Of a stretch of 64,000 nt of DNA, positions 1-9,300 are shown piece by piece. The notes beneath the pieces were generated by a model. It had not been told where the DNA came from. It searched no databases and saw nothing but the letters and a program-made list of their open reading frames with translations. Within the stretch, counting starts at the first letter, position 1. Every line of letters starts with the position of its first letter. The position numbers and the translations under genes were made by a program. Source of the DNA: a bacterium (GTDB lineage: Bacteria; Krumholzibacteriota; Krumholzibacteriia; JACNKJ01); the NCBI GenBank assembly GCA_024231955.1, contig JAAEPZ010000249.1, positions 10,127-74,126 on the forward strand, given 5' to 3'.

Positions 1-97
1 GTTCTCCGCGGTGCTCCGTCTGGACACGCCGGTCGAGGTGCAGTACTTCCGCAACGGCGGCATCCTGCACAACGTCCTGCGGACCATGGCCAAGTAG
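1..97 (+). CDS. acnA: aconitate hydratase, C-terminal fragment (gene begins upstream of window)
   Basis: Frame 2 reads [31 protein letters not shown] then TAG at 95-97. The DTPxE..Y(F/Y)xNGGILHxV(L/I)R tail is the typical AcnA/IRP C-terminus. Only 31 aa are visible. Confidence 0.55.
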   Translation, partial: FSAVLRLDTPVEVQYFRNGGILHNVLRTMAK

Positions 98-135
98 TTA
101 GTCTTCACTCAACGAGACGAGCCGAAGACGAGGAC

Positions 136-173
136 GGCGGCGCTCCCGAAAGGGGCGCCGCCGTTTCTTTGTT
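136..173 (+). terminator. intrinsic terminator after acnA
   Basis: GGCGGCGCTCCC-GAAA-GGGGCGCCGCC hairpin followed by GTTTCTTTGTT. Confidence 0.6.
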
Positions 174-233
174 GGGGACACGCACCTTCCAGGTGCGTGT
201 CCCCATCTGTCCGGAAGGTGCGTGTCCCCATCT
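174..233 (-). terminator. second hairpin with a duplicated arm, probable terminator for yjbQ-like gene
   Basis: GGGGACACGCACC (174-186) pairs with AGGTGCGTGTCCCC (191-204). The unit AGGTGCGTGTCCCCATCT is repeated at 216-233. Confidence 0.4.
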
Positions 234-238
234 CCCCA

Positions 239-655
239 TCAGTCGCCCAGAATCTGGACGACGATCTTCCTCTGCCTGGGACGGGTGTCGAAGTCGATGA
301 CGATGATCTGTTGCCAGGTGCCGAGGGTCAGCTTGCCGTCGATGATGGGGACCGTCAGACTCGGCCCGAGCAGCGCGGCACGGACATGGCTGTGGCCATT
401 GTCGCAGCCCCAGGCCAGGTGGTGGCTGTAGTCGCGTCCGCTGGCGGCGATCTCCTCAAAGAGACGGGCAAAATCGGCGACGGCCCCTGGCTCATACTCG
501 ATCGTGGTCAGCCCAGCCGTCGAACCGGAGACGAACAACGTGACGATGCCCCCACGCAGGCCGCTCCTGTCCACTTCGGCCTGCACGACGTCACCGATAT
601 CGATCGTGTCTCCCCGTCCCTGACTCTCCACCCGGATCAATCCGCTGATAACCAT
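239..655 (-). CDS. YjbQ/UPF0047 family protein (secondary thiamine-phosphate synthase-like)
   Basis: ORF 239..742 trimmed to the internal Met at 655 (MVISGLIRVESQGRGDTIDI...). The LFVSGSTAGLTTIEYEPG and GHSHVRAALLGPS motifs are typical of UPF0047. Confidence 0.8.
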   Translation of the reverse strand: MVISGLIRVESQGRGDTIDIGDVVQAEVDRSGLRGGIVTLFVSGSTAGLTTIEYEPGAVADFARLFEEIAASGRDYSHHLAWGCDNGHSHVRAALLGPSLTVPIIDGKLTLGTWQQIIVIDFDTRPRQRKIVVQILGD

Positions 656-716
656 TTCGGGTCCTTTCGTTTGCTGTGGACTTGTCTCCGGCGCCGGTTG
701 AGTATAGAGTGGAACC

Positions 717-1364
717 ATGCCCAGAGAAAGCCTCAAGAGCAAACGCGCGCGCGCCGCAACAATCGACGCCCGGTTGGGTGAACTCTATCCCGACGCCCGT
801 TGCAGTCTCACCTTTCGCAACCCGTACGAGTTGTGGGTCGCCACCGTGCTCAGCGCGCAGTGCACGGATGAGCGGGTCAACAAGGTCACGCCCGATCTGT
901 TTGCCGCCGCGCCCGACGTGGAGGCGTTGGCGGCGCTCGGCGACACCGAACTGGAGGGGTTGATCCGCTCGACGGGGTTCTTCCGCAACAAGGCCAGGAA
1001 CCTTCTCGCCGCCGCCAGTCAGCTGCTGACCGAACACGATGGTGAGATTCCCGCCGATCTTGAGGCGCTTGTCGGTCTGCCTGGGATCGGTCGCAAGACG
1101 GCCAATGTCATTCTGGGTAACGCCTTCAATATTCCGGGCATGCCGGTGGATACGCACATCGGCCGACTGTCGCGCCGCCTGCGGCTCACCTCTCACGAGG
1201 ATCCCGTGAAGGTGGAGTTCGACTTGATGAACCTTTTCCCGGCGGAGCGCTGGGTGATGCTCGGGCATCGGCTCATCAGCCATGGCCGTGCGGTGTGTCG
1301 CAGCCGGAAACCGGATTGCCCCGCCTGCTTCCTCGCCCCACATTGCCCCTCGTCATCGACCTGA
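717..1364 (+). CDS. nth: endonuclease III
   Basis: HhH-GPD motif (LVGLPGIGRKTANVILG), catalytic VDTH and a C-terminal 4Fe-4S cluster loop (CRSRKPDCPACFLAPHC). Confidence 0.92.
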   Translation: MPRESLKSKRARAATIDARLGELYPDARCSLTFRNPYELWVATVLSAQCTDERVNKVTPDLFAAAPDVEALAALGDTELEGLIRSTGFFRNKARNLLAAASQLLTEHDGEIPADLEALVGLPGIGRKTANVILGNAFNIPGMPVDTHIGRLSRRLRLTSHEDPVKVEFDLMNLFPAERWVMLGHRLISHGRAVCRSRKPDCPACFLAPHCPSSST

Positions 1365-1393
1365 AGCGATAACGCTACGTGCCGTCCCCAAAC

Positions 1394-1432
1394 GGAAAGC
1401 CGACCCCCGGGTGAGGGTCGGCTTTCGAAAAA
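1394..1432. terminator. bidirectional terminator between convergent nth and aminopeptidase genes
   Basis: GGAAAGCCGACCC-loop-GGGTCGGCTTTC followed by GAAAAA. The opposite strand carries a T-tract. Confidence 0.6.
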
Positions 1433-1446
1433 CATGCAGACGACAG

Positions 1447-3540
1447 TTAGTGCAGCAGCAGCAGCTTGGTCGTCTCCCGATGTCCGCCCGCCTCAATGTG
1501 ACAGAGGTAGATGCTGGCCGAAACCTGCTCGTCGTTGTCGTCCTTGCCGTCCCAGTGCATGGTCAGAGACCCGGCCGGGGTGTCGGCGTCGCGCAACTCG
1601 CGAACCAGTCGCCCGGCGACGTCGTATATCTTTGCCGTCACGCGTCCGGGATTGACGACGATCAGCTCAACGGCCACCTGGTTGAGTGATGGGGTCGTGC
1701 CTATGACCCTGAACGGGTTCGATCCCGTCGCTATCTGAACCGAGTTGTGCAACAGGCGGTAGTCGGGATCCAGGGTAACGCTCATGGGCTCGGCCGGCAG
1801 ATTGAATGCGTATACCTGCTGCGCCCGGTTCGGACACCTGCGGAAGGTGAGGTCGGAGTCCTCGAAGTTGAATCGGATATCCAGGCTGTCGCCGAAAACG
1901 GTCCCCGACTGGGCCTGTTCGATCACCAGTTCGACATCCCACCCTGTGGTGGCCGAGGTGGTACTCAGGAAGAAGTGGCTGTACACCGGTCGCCCGACGC
2001 CGTAGATCCAGTTCCGGAAAAAGGTCTCGAGGTCTCTTCCGGATATCGACTCGACATGCTCCTGGAATTGCGCGGTGGTCGCAACTCCGCCCGCCACGGA
2101 GGACTCCGCGGGATCGGCCCATTTGCGCATCGCCTCGAAGAAGTAGCCGTCGCCGATCAGATCCCTGAGCATGTGCAGCGCCCAGGCGCCCTTCCAGTAG
2201 ACGGTCGCGTTGAAGTAACCGTCTGGAGCGTAAATGGAGCCGGGGAACGGATTCTGAAGTCGACGCTTCAGATAGAGATATTCCCCTGCGGTATACCGCT
2301 CCACGTATTCGAAGAAGAGCGCCTCGCTGTAGGTGGCAAAGCCCTCGTTGAGCCAGATGTCCTCCCAGGTGGCCGGGCTCACCTGATCGCCAAACCACTG
2401 GTGGGCCAACTCGTGGTGTTGGACGAACGTGAGGCTGTCCGAGCTGATGATGTAGGCGCTGCCGATGCTGCTGATCGTCTGGTGCTCCATCCCGCCGCCG
2501 AAGCTGAACTCGGCGATGCCGTATTTCTCCTCGCGGAACGGATAGGGGCCGTACAGCTCCTCAAAGCAGGTCATCATCAGAGGTATTTTGGAGAGGTTGC
2601 GAATGACCTTCTCCGCTAACGCCTCATCCTCGAGATAGTCGCGCCAGATGAAATACTGCAGCGGGAAGGTCTCGCCGCCGCTGGAGGTGTAGCTCTCCTC
2701 CCAGGGCAGACCCGGTCCGGCGGAGCGGTAGGTGTCCGCGAAGGGAGCCACCGTCATGCTGACCAGATAGGTGGCGATACTGTAGTCGGTGCGCCAGTTG
2801 TAGGTGCGTTTGCCGGGTGTCGAGGTGTCGATGTCCTGGAGAACGCCGTTGGCGGCGACGATCATCGTGTCGGGCACGGTGATGAACAGCTCCACACCTT
2901 CGGGCTTGTGGGTGAGGCGATCGATGCAGGGCCACCAACTGCCGGAGTACTGACGCTCGCTCATGGTCTGGCAGGTCGTGACACGCGTATCGCCGATCAG
3001 GTAGTCGACGAAGACGAAGCAGCCGTAGCCGAAACCCTGGGAGTTGGGTTCGGCCGTGTAGGTCACCTCGATCTCATACTCCGTACCGACGATGACGTCG
3101 GGCGTGGGGATGGTGACGAGATCGACGGCGGTGTCGTCAAAGGTGACCTCTTCGCCATCCAGGGTGACCTTGCTGATGGTGAGCGTCTCCAGCGCATCGA
3201 GCACCAGTTCGTCCACCTCCGCGATGGGTGTCAGCCAGATGTGCACGCGGGCGTCGAAATCGAACTCCTCAAAGTCCACCTCGCCGGAGATCTCGTAGAA
3301 GCGCACCTCCCACTCGTTCTGCCCCGCTATACCCTCGCCGGTGCGATCCAGATGGGACATGTGGGAGCGGCAGGCATCATGGGGACGGATTGCCGGGTCC
3401 TTGCCGGGGGGCATCTCCTTGCCGGGAGCCATGGTCTGAGACAGCGCCGCCGTCGGCAGGGCGATGCCGACGGCGAAGAGCAGTAAACAGATCATCAGCA
3501 GGTGGGTACGGTTCTGGGATACAGGCAGGTCACGTAGCAT
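1447..3540 (-). CDS. secreted M1-family zinc aminopeptidase with T9SS-type C-terminal sorting domain
   Basis: Signal peptide, GGMEH (GAMEN-like) motif, and HELAHQWFGD...WLNEGFATY (HExxH-x18-E). C-terminal tail is KIYDVAGRLVRELRD..LTMHWDGKDDNDEQVSASIYLCHIEAGGHRETTKLLLLH. Confidence 0.88.
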   Translation of the reverse strand: MLRDLPVSQNRTHLLMICLLLFAVGIALPTAALSQTMAPGKEMPPGKDPAIRPHDACRSHMSHLDRTGEGIAGQNEWEVRFYEISGEVDFEEFDFDARVHIWLTPIAEVDELVLDALETLTISKVTLDGEEVTFDDTAVDLVTIPTPDVIVGTEYEIEVTYTAEPNSQGFGYGCFVFVDYLIGDTRVTTCQTMSERQYSGSWWPCIDRLTHKPEGVELFITVPDTMIVAANGVLQDIDTSTPGKRTYNWRTDYSIATYLVSMTVAPFADTYRSAGPGLPWEESYTSSGGETFPLQYFIWRDYLEDEALAEKVIRNLSKIPLMMTCFEELYGPYPFREEKYGIAEFSFGGGMEHQTISSIGSAYIISSDSLTFVQHHELAHQWFGDQVSPATWEDIWLNEGFATYSEALFFEYVERYTAGEYLYLKRRLQNPFPGSIYAPDGYFNATVYWKGAWALHMLRDLIGDGYFFEAMRKWADPAESSVAGGVATTAQFQEHVESISGRDLETFFRNWIYGVGRPVYSHFFLSTTSATTGWDVELVIEQAQSGTVFGDSLDIRFNFEDSDLTFRRCPNRAQQVYAFNLPAEPMSVTLDPDYRLLHNSVQIATGSNPFRVIGTTPSLNQVAVELIVVNPGRVTAKIYDVAGRLVRELRDADTPAGSLTMHWDGKDDNDEQVSASIYLCHIEAGGHRETTKLLLLH

Positions 3541-3590
3541 TACACCCTCGATGTGTTGAAAAATCCGATATCGATCTCCGTGACAGGTTA

Positions 3591-4436
3591 TCAGATGCCG
3601 ATCAATATTCCCAGCGAAACACGGATGCCGTTCATCTTCAGAGGATAGTTGCCCGAGAGGATGTCGTTTGTCCTCGGATCCGTAGGATCAATACCTCCAC
3701 CCGGATTGGTGTACTGCAGAGTTCCATCGAAGTCGAAGTTCTGATTGACCTGGTTCATCATCCCGGCGATCTCCACCACCAGCGCGGAGCGACGGTTGAC
3801 ATGGTAGGTGAGCCCGGCCATGGCGATCGCGCCGATGGCGAAGTCCGTGGACTTGACCTGGAAGAGCCGATCCGGGTAGGGCGGCATATCTTCTCCGGCT
3901 GGGGCGACCTGGGGAGTGTTGATCAGATCGATGTCGAGCGTGCTGGCGGCGATCCCCAGAGAGAGCCCCATGCCGATATAGGGCATGACCACGCGGGAGC
4001 GGATGAACTGGAGGCTGTATTGCAGCGCCATGTCGATGATATGGGTATTGGTGGTCAGCGTACGGTGTGAGTCCCACTCGAATGGCATGAAGTCCGATTC
4101 GGTTTGAAACTGACCGAAGGTATAGGTGGCGCTGAGCGCCACCGGGTACTTCACATTCCAGACCATGCGGAGGCTGATGGGTACGATGGCCCCGAAATCC
4201 TCGAACTGATATCCCACCGGGGATTGCAGCACGGGCATGATCCTGTTGATGTGCATCAGCAGGTTATCGTGGCTGGGACCGACGAAGGTGGAGGCCATCC
4301 CTCCCAACTCAATTGTGCAGAGGTCCAGGGGGACAAATTCGCGTCGTCTGCGAGCGCTCGCATCATTGCTGACCAAAAGGAGAGAGAGGCAGCAAAGCAA
4401 GGCGATAGCACTGATCCGTATTATCGAACGAGGCAT
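3591..4436 (-). CDS. hypothetical outer-membrane beta-barrel protein
   Basis: Signal peptide MPRSIIRISAIALLCCLSLLLVSNDASA. The rest shows alternating hydrophobic beta-strand patterns. No named family recognised. Confidence 0.6.
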   Translation of the reverse strand: MPRSIIRISAIALLCCLSLLLVSNDASARRRREFVPLDLCTIELGGMASTFVGPSHDNLLMHINRIMPVLQSPVGYQFEDFGAIVPISLRMVWNVKYPVALSATYTFGQFQTESDFMPFEWDSHRTLTTNTHIIDMALQYSLQFIRSRVVMPYIGMGLSLGIAASTLDIDLINTPQVAPAGEDMPPYPDRLFQVKSTDFAIGAIAMAGLTYHVNRRSALVVEIAGMMNQVNQNFDFDGTLQYTNPGGGIDPTDPRTNDILSGNYPLKMNGIRVSLGILIGI

Positions 4437-4526
4437 GAGGCTCCTTTCAGAAGTTCGGGAGGAATGTAACCCCTGCCCAAACCCGGGATCAAGCTCGTTT
4501 ATGCAATAATGACAGTTGATTGCCTG

Positions 4527-5795
4527 TTACCGGCCCAGTCGATCCAGGAGTGCGAGATTCCTCTTCACCGCTCCGCATCCGTTCGCGATGAACGCCGTCG
4601 AGTGCTCCCCGGCCACCCGGAGACGATCGGGATCGTCGAGAAACGAACGCCAGACAGAGAGCAGTTCGTCCCGATTGTTGAAGATGATCCCGCCGCCGGC
4701 CCGGCAAAGACGTCGCGCCTCGTCGGCTCGATCGATCCCCGGACCCATCAGGACCGGTAACCCGTAGGCGGCCGGTTCGAGCACGCTGTGGATGCCGGCG
4801 CCGAAGCCGCCGCCGACCAGGGCCAGATCGCCCAGGCCGTAAAGCTCGGGCAGGATACCGATGCGATCGACAACGCAGATGCCGCCGGCGGCGATCTCCG
4901 CCCTCTCCGAGAGGCGCCAGAGCGGCAGGTCGAGAGCAGTTGCGCTCTCCGCCAGATGAGCGAGGTGCGCCGGGGTGGGTTCATGGGGGACGAGCAGCAG
5001 GCTCATATCGGCGAACTCCGTGCGCAAGCTGGCAAAAGCTGCGAGGAGCATCTCCTCCTCGGCGCGCCAGGTACTGCCGGCGATGAGGCAGCGGGGACGT
5101 GCATCCGCGGCGGAGGGGAGGGGTGTGTCGCGCGACTCGTCTTTTCTGGCTGCGACCCGATCGAACCGGGTGTCGCCGCTGATCGCCAATCTCCCGTCGC
5201 TCACGTTGAGCATTCGGAAGAACCGGGCGTCCTCTTCGCTTGCGGCGCCTACGCCGGTCAGCAGTTCGTGAACCCGTCGCGTCAGCAGCCGCCCGGGCCA
5301 GCGCGCGCGCCCGGAGGAGGCGGAGAGTACGCCGCCCATCAGGAACGTCGGAATCTCTCGTCGGGCCGCTTCCCGCAGGAGATTGGGCCAGAGATCCCAT
5401 TTGACCATCAGCACCGCTGTCGGGCTCACGGCGTCCAGCAGCTGCCCCATGGCTCTGGCGGTATCGAGCGGCAGTGGTATGACGCAATCCGCTTCGGCGA
5501 CCCCGTCAGCGGCCTTGCGGGCCGAAACGGAGGAGAGCGTGAGCAGGATCGCCCCATCCGGGTGTCGCCGCCGCAGCTCCTTCATGATGGGACGGGCCTG
5601 CTCCAGTTCACCCGCGCTGGCGGCATGCACCCAGAAGCGGGGGGTGCGGGGGGCCAGAGCGAGACGGTCCTTTTCCGTGAAGGGGCGCTCCTTGCGCCAG
5701 GCCAGTGATGCCGCCATTTTTGGCGAGAACCGGGCTGCCAGGGGGAGAAGTGCGGCAAGCAGAGGGGCCAGCATTCGGTAGAGTGTGAGGATCAA
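4527..5795 (-). CDS. waaA: 3-deoxy-D-manno-octulosonic acid (Kdo) transferase
   Basis: N-terminal membrane anchor and WVHAASAGELEQARPIM (Glycos_transf_N signature). C-terminal GT-B domain has GGSF/GGHSVLEPAA-like motifs. There is a 4-nt overlap with the upstream GT9 gene. Confidence 0.85.
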   Translation of the reverse strand: MILTLYRMLAPLLAALLPLAARFSPKMAASLAWRKERPFTEKDRLALAPRTPRFWVHAASAGELEQARPIMKELRRRHPDGAILLTLSSVSARKAADGVAEADCVIPLPLDTARAMGQLLDAVSPTAVLMVKWDLWPNLLREAARREIPTFLMGGVLSASSGRARWPGRLLTRRVHELLTGVGAASEEDARFFRMLNVSDGRLAISGDTRFDRVAARKDESRDTPLPSAADARPRCLIAGSTWRAEEEMLLAAFASLRTEFADMSLLLVPHEPTPAHLAHLAESATALDLPLWRLSERAEIAAGGICVVDRIGILPELYGLGDLALVGGGFGAGIHSVLEPAAYGLPVLMGPGIDRADEARRLCRAGGGIIFNNRDELLSVWRSFLDDPDRLRVAGEHSTAFIANGCGAVKRNLALLDRLGR

Positions 5796-6850
5796 GATTG
5801 CCCCTCCCGGATCGGCGGCAGGTGGCGCATGGCGACCAGAGCGTCTATGACATCATCGACGCTGATCGCGTCGAGGCAGGCACGATGCTCCAGACGGCAG
5901 GGATTCTTGCCGTGCAGCGAGCAGGGGCGACAGGGGAGAGTCCGTTCGAGGATGCGATTGTGTTCGCCGAAGGGGGGGAACCCGAAGGCGGGGACAGTCG
6001 GGCCGAATAGCGTGATGACCGGAACATGCGCGGCGCTCGCCAGGTGGCCGAGGCCGGTATCCCCCGTGACCATCACGCGGCAACGGGACAGACCCGCCAC
6101 TACCGAGGGGAGTGGGCGTCCGCCACAAAAAGGGACCACCGGCCGGGAACCGGTTGCCGACTGCGCGAGCTCATGGCAGAGGTTTGCCTCCGCCGGGCCG
6201 CCGAACAGCACCAGCGGGACCCGGTCACTCAGCCGCTCGATCAATTCCGCGAAACGCGGCCAGACCTTTTCCGGCCAGGCGGCGCCCGGGGCGATGCCGA
6301 TGGGATGCGCATCAACCGGCAGGCCAAGGTCGGTCAACTCATCCGTCACCTCCGTAGCGAGCGCCTCCTCGACCGGATAAACCGCATCGGGTGCAGCCCG
6401 ATATCCGGGTCCCAGTTCCCGGGCCAGCGTGAGACGATGGCGCGCGTAAACGGGCGGAAGCGGTCTGGAGCGTCCGCCGCCCGGCCAGAGGGCTGTCGCC
6501 ACCATGAGACGCCGCCGGAGATCCTGCCGCGGCGTGCCGATCCAGCGCCCACTCCGCCCAGCCAGCAGCAATCGCAGCATGCGACTTCGAAGATTGCCGT
6601 GGAGGTCGAGTGTCAGTTCGTAATCTTCGTGACGAAGCGTCTTGGCCAATCGGCGGAGCGCCTGGAGATCCGCTCCGCGGGGCAGAGCGTGAAGCCGCGC
6701 AATCTCGGGCAGAGGTTCAAGCAGAGGGGCGTATTCCTCCCGCACCAGGAAGTGGATCTCCCCCCCGCAGCTGAGGGCAAGATCCCTGAGTACGGGGAAG
6801 GTGAGCACGAGGTCGCCCAGAGAGCCGAATCTGATGACAAGTATTTTCAT
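5792..6850 (-). CDS. glycosyltransferase family 9 (LPS heptosyltransferase-like)
   Basis: MKILVIRFGSLGDLVLTFPVLRDL and GDTGLGHLASAAHVPVITLFGPT are typical GT9 signatures. Confidence 0.85.
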   Translation of the reverse strand: MKILVIRFGSLGDLVLTFPVLRDLALSCGGEIHFLVREEYAPLLEPLPEIARLHALPRGADLQALRRLAKTLRHEDYELTLDLHGNLRSRMLRLLLAGRSGRWIGTPRQDLRRRLMVATALWPGGGRSRPLPPVYARHRLTLARELGPGYRAAPDAVYPVEEALATEVTDELTDLGLPVDAHPIGIAPGAAWPEKVWPRFAELIERLSDRVPLVLFGGPAEANLCHELAQSATGSRPVVPFCGGRPLPSVVAGLSRCRVMVTGDTGLGHLASAAHVPVITLFGPTVPAFGFPPFGEHNRILERTLPCRPCSLHGKNPCRLEHRACLDAISVDDVIDALVAMRHLPPIREGQS

Positions 6851-7059
6851 ATCGCCCGAATCTCACCCCGTATGGCACACTGTTAGGTTCGCCCGATAGC
6901 GGCAGGGGCGAAAACGGTTCGCGCAGACTCACCGCAAGAGGGCAGTGTAGAGGTCGTGCGTCGAAGCGTCAAGCGGGGGCTCGCCGGTAGCTCGTGCGGC
7001 AATATCCGGATCAGGTTTTTCAGCAGCCTGCTTGACAATAACCGCGTTGAGGGGGAAGG

Positions 7060-8059
7060 TATGGGTAATCAGGAGGCAATCAGGGGCGTGACATCGGAAT
7101 ACAATATCAGTGCTCATGATCTACGGCATCAGGTCGCTCTGCTGGCTTGCGACCTCAGTCTGGTAATGGAGCGGATGAAAGCGGACAAAGCGGCCGTAAT
7201 GGACCCTTATGCCGCCATTCTGGAGCGGCTGGATGATGGGTTGACCCGCACTCTGGGACTTCTGGAGGGGCACGGAGAGATGCCCGTCGCCGATAAGGAT
7301 GGCCAGGAGCAGCTCATCCGTGAGATCTGGGATCGCTTTGTCCGGGCGGGGCAGCTCCGGTCGGCTGCGAGTGAATTGGTTATTACGACTGATCTGCCCC
7401 TCTATTTCGGTCAGCCGCGTGTCCTCCACTCGCTGGTGCTCAACCTGCTCACCAATGCCGTTGCCGCCGCCCCCGAGGGGCCGATCCGTCTGGAGGTGCT
7501 GCGCGACCGTTTGATCCTGACCAACGGCGGTACGCCGTTGCCGTCCCCTTTGCTGGAGATGTTGTCAAAAGGGGGAGCCCCCGAACCGCAGGGGGAGCGG
7601 GGTCATGGGTTGGGTTTGATTTTGCGGGCCGCTGCGGAGCTTGACCTGGCTCTGGCGGTGGAGAGTGTCCCCGGTGGGACCCGTTTCGGCTTCAAACCCC
7701 GGGATGACGGCAAACCCCGAATTCTCCTGATTGAGGATGATGCTGAACTGCGCCATATGATGACCGAGTTCCTCCGTTACGGAGGTTATCATGTCGAAGC
7801 CCGGGAGCGAGGTGACGATCTGGTGCCGGGGGCGGGGAGCTTCGCGGCGGTACTGACCGATCTGAATTTGCCCGGCCTCGACGGTGACCTCCTTCTGGCC
7901 CGGTGGAAAAGGCGGGACCCCGCAGCGCTCTGCGTTCTGTTGACGGGGGAAGCCGGCCTGCATACGGCAACCCGACCCGGTGTGGATCACATCGTGGTCA
8001 AACCGGGATTGACGACTCTTCTGGAACTGCTCGCCCCCCTGCAAGAGCCGGTGATATGA
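7060..8059 (+). CDS. cytoplasmic hybrid histidine kinase (DHp + HATPase + receiver) with no sensor domain
   Basis: H-box ISAHDLRHQ, N-box LVLNLLTNAV and G2 GHGLGL. The REC domain has ILLIEDD, LTDLNLPGLDG and VVKP. Start chosen at ATG 7060 after GGGGAAGG; the ORF is open from 6956, so the start is uncertain. Confidence 0.75.
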
Positions 8060-9300
8060 TAATCAACATCCTGCTTGCCGTATCCTGTGTCGGGCTGCTC
8101 TTTGCCTCGGCCTTCTTCTCCGGATCGGAGACTGCGCTGTTCGGCCTGGACTCCCGTCAGCGGCATTTTCTCCGCAAACGGCAGGATCTTCCCGCCCGCC
8201 GGGTGACATCTCTTCTGGGAGAATTGAGCGAGGTGCTGATCGCGGTACTGATCGGCAACACGTTCGTCAATATTCTGCTGACTATCCTGGCGACGAGAAT
8301 CTTCATCAATATATTCGGCATGGCGCGAGGGATGGCGATAAGCAGTATTGCCGTCACCATCCTCCTGCTGATTTTCGGTGAGATCTTCCCCAAGACCCTG
8401 GCGGTGCGCGACCCGCTGCCTTTCTGCATCCGTGTCGCACGTCCGCTTCTGAGCGTCATGAAATCGCTGCGGGTGTTGATCCTGTTCTTCCGCATGCTGA
8501 GTCGGAAGATCCTGAGCGGAATCAATCGCGTTCTCCCCGTGGATGATCTCGAATTGGAGGAGGACGATATGCTTGCTCTCCTCAGTCTGGCCGAGGAGGA
8601 GGGGGGCATCGACAGCCGGGAGAAGACGCTGGTCGAGGGGGTTTTCGAACTGGGTGATACGCAGCTCCATGAGATCATGACCCCACGTGTCGACCTGTTC
8701 CTGCTGGCAACCGATACGCCGGCAACCGAGGCCGCAGTGAAGATGAGGCTTTCGGGGCACAGTCGGGCGCCGGTCTTCAACGAAAGCCCCGATCAAGTGG
8801 TCGGCATCCTGACGGCCGACGTGTTGCTCAGGCACGAAGACGAGGAGACACCCGTCGGCAAGCTGATCGTGCCGCCGCGCTTCTGCCCCGAGAGTCAGTC
8901 GGCCGGTGCTCTGCTGCTTGATCTGCTGCAGGAGGAGGAGGCGCTGGCCGTCGTGCTCGACGAGTACGGAGCGCTGGCCGGACTGGTGACGCTGGAGGAC
9001 CTCTGCGAGATCATGGTCGGTCGGGTGCTGGGTGAGAAAGATGCGGAGGATCAGCGATTCTACCTGGTGGATGCGAACACGCTGATTGCGTCCAGCCGCC
9101 TTGATCTGGAGCAGGCGGCCGAGTTGCTGAATTTCGATTTGGCGAGCGACGAGGTGGAGAGTCTGGGCGGATACGTGATGGAGATACTGGGTGAGGTGCC
9201 TGAACCGGGCAAGGTCTACAGACGGCGCGGCTTGCGGATCACGATCCTGTCGGCCGAGGGACCCGTGATCCGGACAATCAAGATGGAGAAGTTGCCATGA
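8056..9300 (+). CDS. CNNM/CorB-type transporter (DUF21 + CBS pair + CorC_HlyC)
   Basis: ATGA overlap with the kinase stop. N-terminal TM segments carry SGSETALF. Followed by MTPRVD, a CBS pair and the C-terminal transporter-associated domain (GGYVMEILGEVPEPG). Confidence 0.85.
   Translation: MIINILLAVSCVGLLFASAFFSGSETALFGLDSRQRHFLRKRQDLPARRVTSLLGELSEVLIAVLIGNTFVNILLTILATRIFINIFGMARGMAISSIAVTILLLIFGEIFPKTLAVRDPLPFCIRVARPLLSVMKSLRVLILFFRMLSRKILSGINRVLPVDDLELEEDDMLALLSLAEEEGGIDSREKTLVEGVFELGDTQLHEIMTPRVDLFLLATDTPATEAAVKMRLSGHSRAPVFNESPDQVVGILTADVLLRHEDEETPVGKLIVPPRFCPESQSAGALLLDLLQEEEALAVVLDEYGALAGLVTLEDLCEIMVGRVLGEKDAEDQRFYLVDANTLIASSRLDLEQAAELLNFDLASDEVESLGGYVMEILGEVPEPGKVYRRRGLRITILSAEGPVIRTIKMEKLP

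Noticed and set aside
205-216. GTCCGGAAGG resembling the SRP (4.5S) RNA domain IV motif
   Set aside because: The flanking sequence does not continue as GGAAGCAGCC...AAGGCAG, and the region is explained by terminator hairpins.
6956-7059. N-terminal extension of the hybrid kinase ORF (MRRSVKRGLAGSSCGN...)
   Set aside because: The extension lies in the divergent intergenic region and looks non-protein-like. ATG 7060 has a GGGGAAGG RBS. The start remains uncertain, and a TTGACA at 7032 sits very close to it.
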